Source: Trichomonas gallinae
Taxonomy: Eukaryota
NCBI GenBank assembly: GCA_008369845.1
Contig: MRSU01004998.1
Span: forward strand, 1 to 51,953
Direction of reading: 5' to 3'
Length of the DNA stretch: 51,953 nucleotides
Shown here piece after piece: positions 41,901 to 50,900 of the stretch (its first letter is position 1; the number at the start of each line of letters is the position of its first letter). Both the position numbers and the translations under genes were made by a program. Under the pieces are notes generated by a model. The model saw only the letters and a list, made by a program, of their open reading frames with translations, did no database searches and had not been told where the DNA came from.

Positions 41901-44900
41901 TCTTTGCTCATCTGATTTAGGAAATACTAATGCAAAAATTCGAGATGTTGCAGTTGCAGATAAAGGATCAAAATTATTCCAAAACTTAATTAGTTCCTTA
42001 GCACCATATCTTAAATAGCTTGGTATCAAAGATTGATCTGCATCAATAGCTTCTAATCCGGAATAAATAATATCACATGCTGTTCTTGTGCTGTTATCTT
42101 GTTCAATAATTTGCATTGATAAATTGAACAACTCATGCAATTTTTGTTGATTAAATATTGATGGGGATCTTGTTGTAAGAGTACCTGAATATCTGATAGT
42201 TACATTAGGAAGCGTTGTATAATCAGATAAAAATCGGTGAACATTTGCGAGTTCATGCAAATATGGCTCATATTCCGCCTTGAATTGAAACTGTGGAATA
42301 ATTTTGCTGAACTTTGAATATAGATCATCGCAACAGTTTTGTCTTTGTCCTGGTAGCATTTGGTCAAAAGAGGATATAGTATTATTAATTGTTCTTATTA
42401 ATTCATCTAAAGATCCTTGTTCCAACTTATTTAAGGAGTCTTGGTGACTTCTTGCAAAATCAGTACTTGCTTTAGCAATTGTTATCATACAAGGAATGAA
42501 TTTTTGCGAAAACTTTCTCGAGTTATTTGAATTCATATGAGGACGCTCCAATTTATCTAAAATATTACAAATATTATCGCATATTGTACGAGAAACAGTT
42601 GTAAATTCATTATTTTGGATTTTATTTGAGATATTCCTGGAACATTTGATCAACAGAGGAATGCAATCCTTTACATTTATTAATGAGCCTTTAATTGCAT
42701 TTTCATCATTGAAATTTACAAGATTATTAGATTTAACAGCATTGATGATCGTTAAAATATCTTGAGCATCTTTATTATCTCCATTAAAGACTTGACTATC
42801 AATATACTGAACTAGGTCGCTGAAAGATTTAATCATTTTGTCAAGAGATAATAAGTTTTCCTCAATATTGGGTGACTTATCGAACTTGACATAAGGATGA
42901 GTATCAAAACTTATTGGTGGAGCGAGTGACATTTTCCTAAAGCATTGTATTGTTGCAGTAACCTTATTAATAAATGAAAAAATGTTTGGATTATTGATCA
43001 TATGCATTTGCTCGCATAGAAAATCATATTCAGAAAGATTTTGAGCAATTTGCAAATCTGTCATGTTTTTAATATCATTTTCATTCGCAATTATTTGTGG
43101 GAATGAGTTTAATATTTCATTTATTTCTGATGATTTGTGCTTTGTTTGTGATTTTATCAAAGCTAGGAACTGTTGATTAAGTGAACTGTAGCTTTCATAT
43201 AACATTTCCTTTGATGGCTCGATTGCTTTAGTAAGAATTTCAATTTTCTTAATTTCTGATTTAAGCTTTGTTCTTAATGGATGGTTGGAATATGAATAAC
43301 TATCAGTTAATGATTCATCAATAATTGAAAATCTTTTAAGCAAATCAATGAGCTTATTCAAATAATCCTGACTCTTAAATGTATTAGGAGATGATATCCA
43401 AGATTTAGCAGCAAGTAATGAAGATTCACCGATTTTAAGTTGATCCAACAATTTTGGATTTCCCACAAATTCTGTAATTTTACCTATTGATCTCATATCT
43501 GATATAATCGAGTCAATTGATGCTGTTAAATCATCAAAAGTTTTTTGTGATGGTGGAATAATAAATGATATTTTTTCTGCTTCAGAAAGAGAATTCAAAG
43601 CATTGTCAATAGAGTTAATTGCTACATCAGTTATCTTTGGAATACTATCGAAAATTTTGTTTGAAATAGACTGCTTAAATATATTTAATACTTCAAGAGA
43701 CTGATATAATTTGTCTTTCTGAATTTGAATGATAGGAGTAGCAAATGGATGATTGTTCAATAAATTCCTTGATGAAATTAGATCAACATAGCACTGTTCA
43801 ATATCCCTTATTGATTTGGTCAGATTATCATCAATAGATGTATTGTTTTGAGAAATTATTCTAAAAGTTCGATTAATTACTCTTGCTATATCAAGTTGAA
43901 CTTGAATCAAAGCACCATAATGTGGAATATCATCAGAAGGATCTGCGATATCAATATCACCAATGACTAGATTCAAACTTTTCTCATAATTGTCAAATAT
44001 AATCTTTTGAGGATCTGTCAAATCAATATTTGATTTAACACTACAAGCAATGTTTTTCATTTTGATAATGAGATCTTGAATCATTTTAACAACAGAACCA
44101 TTTGATGGACAATCATGCAAATTTGTGTTTAATTTTGATAACTGATTATTATATTCAATAAGAGAGTTTCTTTCTTTGGCCAAATCAACTACAGAATTGT
44201 TAGAGCATAAATCTAATCCATTGAACAATTTCAAAATTTCTTGGGAGTTATCAATAATTTGACTAATGAAATCTGGACAAACATTTACTGCTGAAATATA
44301 GTTTATTGTGTTCTGAATCTTATTGATTTCAATGTTACCTAAAGTGTCGGAGATAAGTTGTAAGTTCCTATGCGCATGTTTGAGTAATTGCAAAGCTTTA
44401 AATCGATCATTACCATTTTTAGGTGTTTGGAACAGGCATAAATCGAGTTTGCCTAAAATCGGTATGAATTTCTTTAATTCATTGATATTTAAATTTCTTA
44501 ATGCTTTTTTGTATGGATTGCTACATTTAGTTTTCATTAGTATATTTAATGCCTGAGAAAGTATTGAATTGGCTTCACCAAGTGCAGCCGATGATCCAGG
44601 ATAAATATAGTATTCAATCGATGCATTTTTGCGAAACAAAACTTGGAGTTGTTTGAATATATCGTCTAAATGTGATGCTTCAGAGACAGAATCGTTCATT
44701 GAACTATTTGGATATACTGCTGCATGTGAAATAAATGCTCTAATCTGATTCCATGTTTTGTTAAATTGTCTTAATGGAGAAATAATTTTTTCACTTTGAT
44801 TTAACTTTGTAATCATGTTCAGCATATTGTTTGCGGATTTCAAAAGATTATTCGTAAATATTTTAGGATCAATATTCAGTTGATCAATTGCATTGGTATG

Positions 44901-47900
44901 AATATCGCATATTAATTTACCAGCAGTTTTTGTTCCCAAAACAAGTAAATCACGAAGATGATTTGAAAATGGATCCAATTTAACATATGATGCCTTTTCT
45001 TTGTTCACTGATAATACTTTGTTAGATTCGTTAAGAAATTTATTTAATGCTAACTTCGCAGAATCCAAATCCGAATTTTTGATTTTTTTACCAGGCTTAA
45101 TTGTTTTACATTTTTGCAATGCATCAGCAATGAGTTTAGCTCTCTTTTTATCAGCAATTTGGGGAACTAAAACATCTAAAATAGCACAAATTTTTGGAAT
45201 ATTCTCGGTCGAACTCAACATTGACAATGCGGTGTTCGCAAGTAGAATTTCTCTGTCAAGTTTGTTTATTTCAGGAATTTCTAATGATTTATCATATTTA
45301 TTTGTACCTTCATCTAAACCAAAATCAACATCGACATTTGGAATATAATCTAAATCGAGCAAACCGATATCTTCAATTTGATTATTAACTGGAAGATCAT
45401 TATTGTATTCATCACCCGTACCATTAATAATTGTTTGTTGAGTTTGCTTAATGAAATTGAATAAATCAAAAATATCCACAATATATGATGATATTTGATC
45501 AAAATATTCAGCTGATTCAATTGATATTGTTTGAATTTGAGAATCATTATCAAAAAACCCAATTTTAATTGTGTTATGATTTTCAAACGAATATGAATCG
45601 ATTTGCATGAAATTAATATTCAAGAGTTCATTTTTATTGTCAGATATGATAATTTCTGATTTTGTGAGCAATATTTTAACATTTGATTCGAATTTATTAA
45701 ATTTGTATTTAGCTTGATATTTTTCATATCCAATAGTGTTGATAGAAGAGGCTTCACGAACAAATAGATACATTGCGTCCTGTTGAGTAAGCGTTTTTGT
45801 TTGCTTAAAGAAACTTTCAAAGGATGAATCAGATTGTTTAGGTAAATTTTGAATTTGAAGCATCGCTGCAATATTCTTAACTGTGAATTTAGGGGCTGAA
45901 GTTTGTCCTGTTGCATAATAAAAATATGTAGCAAGTTTGCCAATTGTATCAGGTTCAATGACTAAAGATTTAATTGCTTGACAACAATCAAAGAATGAAC
46001 TCTTCAGAGTGACAATATCTCCAAGCATTTCATTAGTAAAAACATAAAATCTGCGTTTTATCAATAATTGATGCCAATATGATGCTACTGTTGGCAAGAT
46101 TTTCAACCAATCAAGTGGTTTTGGAGATTCATAGCTCATATCATAGAGAGTAAAACCAAGAGAGTAACCTTGATATGTTTCATTGGCAATTAATTGTATT
46201 TGAGAAATTATTGATGATCTTGTTGAAACGGGATATTCGATTGTTTTTCCTTCTTCAGTGAAAATAATGCTTAGATCATTGTCTGGAATAATGTACAAGC
46301 ATCCATTGATATTTGGTGCCAAGCTACCAAGCGTGCAATTATAATTAAGGAATGTTAAAGATTTATCTGCAGAAATATAGCAGATTTGATAAATTTTATT
46401 ACGCGGCAATGATAGATAGTAGAGTGACATTTTAAGTGTGGTTTCAAAACTCCAGTTTAAATTGAATTGATATTGTTGAGGATTAGGATCACCAATCCAT
46501 TCAGATAGATTTAAAATGATTCCTGTCGTTAATGTTTGAGAAATATTAGTTTGTATTGATTCATCATTTTCCATATCCTGAACATTTTTTCTCATATGAT
46601 AGTGAGGATATAATGCTTTGAAGAACTGATTGATTAATTGATTAATAATCAGAGAATCTAATGAAGTAAACTCTGTTCTAGTAATGAATCCATTTTGATC
46701 TGCAGTATCGATTATTACTTTTTGACCAAGATCGCAATGAAATATTATATTCGAATAAGATAATTTTGTTGATTCAGTTTTTGAGTTGTTGATGATTTTT
46801 GGTGCTATTTCAATGCCAAATGGTCCAACATAAATTGTGCATTTCTGATCTCTGTATATGCAGTCATACATACTTGATCCAAATTCTGATAATGATCTAG
46901 CATTAGAACATAGTTTTTTCCTTGCCGTGCTTTGATCTATTGATGATGCATATTTCAGTAAAGATTTAAGTTTATCACGAACTTCAATATTCTTGGCAAA
47001 CTCTACGGAAATATGACTCTTTAACGATTCTTGCCATTTATTAAAATCAATATTAACAGATTTGGATTCGATAATTGAATAAACTGCAAATTCAAGTGCT
47101 AATTTTTCTGGTATACGAAGACCAGCTTCTAGAATATTTTGTTTAACAGAGTTATATAATTCATTTGTAATAAATTCGGATTTTGCATCTGATTTTGTGA
47201 TCATTAGAAATCTTCTCTTAAATAAAAATTTCTGCGAGAATGGACACTGATCTAACAATTGTTCCGTTAGATCAAGTGGAACAACTCCGGAACGAGTGAT
47301 ATCAAAAAGTGTATAACCATTCCAAAAGTTTATGTTGAATTTCCATGCAACATAAGGAATAATATCTTGAACTTTCGACTTGCAATGAAAGTAGAAAATT
47401 TCTTCTTTGTTATCATCTGTTATTATATAATACTTCCTGTAAGCTGGAGAAATAAGCAAAATAGAATCATCCATTAAATAAGGATATCCAAACAAATCAT
47501 ATTCTTCGATCCAAAAATTGCCAGCTCTATTTTGAACAATAAACTTAATTTCATCGAGTTTACAATTGAATGACATTGTTAAGTATTGTTTCATTTCATC
47601 AACCGTTTTAATTTTCGAGAGATTTATTTGTTTTTCTTGGAGAAATGCTTTTTCATACAAGCAAACGACTTTGATCGTATGACAATATAAATTTACACTA
47701 TCTAAAGTATAATCCTCAATTGCACGAATTCTCTTGTTATCATATACATCTTGATGTACTAGTTTATGTGAATGAATTAAGTTCCCAGCCCTTTGTGCTA
47801 AATTTGAAGACCCATGAATAATAGATTGTTTGTTATCAGAATTAATATAATAAATTGCAATTTCTGTGAGTGTAGCATTGAATCTAGAAATTCTTGCGTA

Positions 47901-50900
47901 AGGAATATGTTCAATAATCGTGTTGTTTTGGGAAATGATTTTTAAGAAATCTGGACCGAAGCATAGTGCTGCAGCATTATTATTAGCATTTACTATAGGG
48001 AAAACACCACCACTGAAACCCGGGATGTTGCGTACAATATCAATGAATTTATCCTTTGCTGTATTGGGATCATTACAGTTAATATTGAACGGAAGTGATA
48101 TTGATTGAAACTTAGGAGCTAGTAATTTAGTGATATTTTGTTTTATGATAGTATCTGCACCAAAATCAGATTTGCCTTCAAAGTAAGCTAATTTTGCCAT
48201 TTCATCCTTACTTGGCTCCCATCCATTTCCGCGATGGAATGTGTCACGGCATTGAAAATAAAGCTCAGCTTTACATTTTGCATCAACTTCTGATGAGTTT
48301 TCTGGAACAAATCTCCTTGCAAAAATGAATTCGAAAATAGAAGGAACTTGTTCAATTGTTGATCTCGTAATATCTAATGGATTCCATTTACCATCAATTT
48401 CAACCCAGAGTGTGAAACCGACAGGATATCTTACGTTGAATAAATCTGCCAACTGTGGCACCAATTGATGAACAGTTTTAGAAATATCGACAAGTGGATG
48501 TTGAACCAAATGTTGATCACCGCTATAATAATGGATAGTGAACGTAGAGTAATGTGGAATTACAGCAAGAATAGATCCACGAAATGGAAAGAAATAAGTA
48601 AGAGGCTTATTTAAATCTAACTTTTTGAAGCTTCTATTAGGACCTTGAAGCATTAAGCAATATTCTTGTTCTGATGATAAATTCAGTACTGGTTGGACCT
48701 GAGTAATTATCTGGAATCCATTCGCCCATAAATCGAACCAAACTTTTTGTAAATTGTCAACTTTTGATAAGTCATTTGTGACATACAAATCTATCATGCT
48801 GTCATGAATTACTCCAAACTCATCTTTGAAACCACCTCTCAATTTCTGGTAAACTTCTTGCTTAGCTTTATTATCATCATTCCTTTTGTTAATTAATAGC
48901 ATATATGTCATAAAAATGTTATGATAAAGCGCTGCAGAAACCTTTTGACATTTAGAGACTTTTTTGAAGACAAATTCGAATTCTGTTTCTTTATTAGCTT
49001 TTTTATTGTAAAATCTAATTCGGACACGCTTCGACATTGATTGATATTCGATTATAGATCTGTAGTGAATCTTATAAAATGGAGTTGTTTGATCATCAGT
49101 ATATATCTTGACATATAGCGGACCGATAGAAATTATGGTATTTCTTTTCACAGATTTATCATCAAGATTAATAAAGAACTTGACATCGAAATCATCATAG
49201 CCAAAACCATCTATTTGTTTGATTATTTTGATAAACTTTTTTGATGCTGCCATTTGCTCGAGTTTAGGATAATTATATCCCTTCTGAAGAAGTTTATTTA
49301 ATAAATTTTCATTCACATTAAAAAGTGGTGGTGTAATCTTTGCAAGATCATTTTTTGTGAGCTTTGATAAATTTTGGAACAAGCCTTTAGAAATTGATGA
49401 TAATACTAACAATTCAATAAATGTTTCTTCATTCATTTTAAGTTTACCACTTTTAATAATTGGATCACAGTCATAAATTGTCATTTTTGTTTGTCTATTA
49501 TCTTTAAGAACCTCGTATGAAATTACATAATATCTACGACGAAATTCAAGTTTTGAAAAATCAAATACCTGCTCTGGTATTGATTTTCTTATGTCTAAAT
49601 CGAAATTGTTGGCCCAAAATGTATATCCGAATAGAGTTTGTTGACCAATCTGATGAAATACTTCTGGAGTGAGTTCTTCTACAGTTTTTGTAATATCAAT
49701 AACGATTTTGTACTCTGCACCATCTACAAGTTTTATTGTTATTTCTTGAAATTTCCTCATAATACACAATCCCATTTCGTTTTGAAGACGATTCACAGCG
49801 ATAATTTTATCTTTAGGCATCCATTTGTATAATTGTCCAGAAATGTGAATCAATGCTACATTTTCATCTTTATGTGGAATTCCTAAATTAATCTCAGCAA
49901 CATTGATTGCTAGGGCTCCAGTAGAATCTAAATTGTACGAATATTTATTTGCACTCATTTCATCTTTAAATGATTCATAGCAAGTGTGTAATTCTACTCT
50001 ATTTCTACCATCAATACCATTTGCTATTAGGTAAGATTGGTATTTTGATCTTTCGGAAATTATTTCATTCAAAACAAAAAGATTTTGCTCAATTTCAATC
50101 CTAATTTCCTCCCCACAAGTAGAACTAATATCATATTGAATATCTTTTGCATTTGCATGAAATTTCAACTCAACATTATCTCCAATGTTTTGTATGTCAA
50201 TAATTGTCGTATAAGAAATCGATTCTTCAAGTATCTCAGCATTATTAGAATATATTTTAATTGATAATGGTGAGATTTCTATTACAACAGGCAATTCATG
50301 ATGTTGGCCAGAGTGGAAAACAGAAATTTGAGCTTGATAAGTTTTTGTTGAGAATTTCTTCAATCTCTTCATATATTTTAATGCATCTTTGATTAAATCA
50401 AATTCTGTTTTTGTTTCATTCATTTGAATTATTTGCTGAACATTATTTTCAATTTCTTTAGCACGCGTAAATGATACAGGTAATTTATGTAGAAAATCAT
50501 TGATTCTTATATTGTTTAGCTGTTCATTGTTGTATTTCGATTCTATTAGAGCGGAAAACATGACAATATTTGTTGCTTCTTCATCATTAATGATTAAATT
50601 TTGAGAAATCACATTATTGCGTGTAGCGATAAATGAATCATAGCAAGTTTTTCGATCAACCAAATCAAGAATGGAAAAAATGAACCAATTTCGGACCAAA
50701 ACAAATTGGTGCAGAGAACGTGTTTGTTCTATTATTGTTTTGTTTAATTGGAGTATTTCTGAAGAATTTGGTATTGAAAGAGTGTAACTCATGTAATTAG
50801 GAATATCAAATTCTTCTCCAACTTGTTTAACTATATCAGCAACATTTGAAAGTAAATCAACTTGGCATAGAATTGGAGGATGGTCAATTTTATTAAAACA

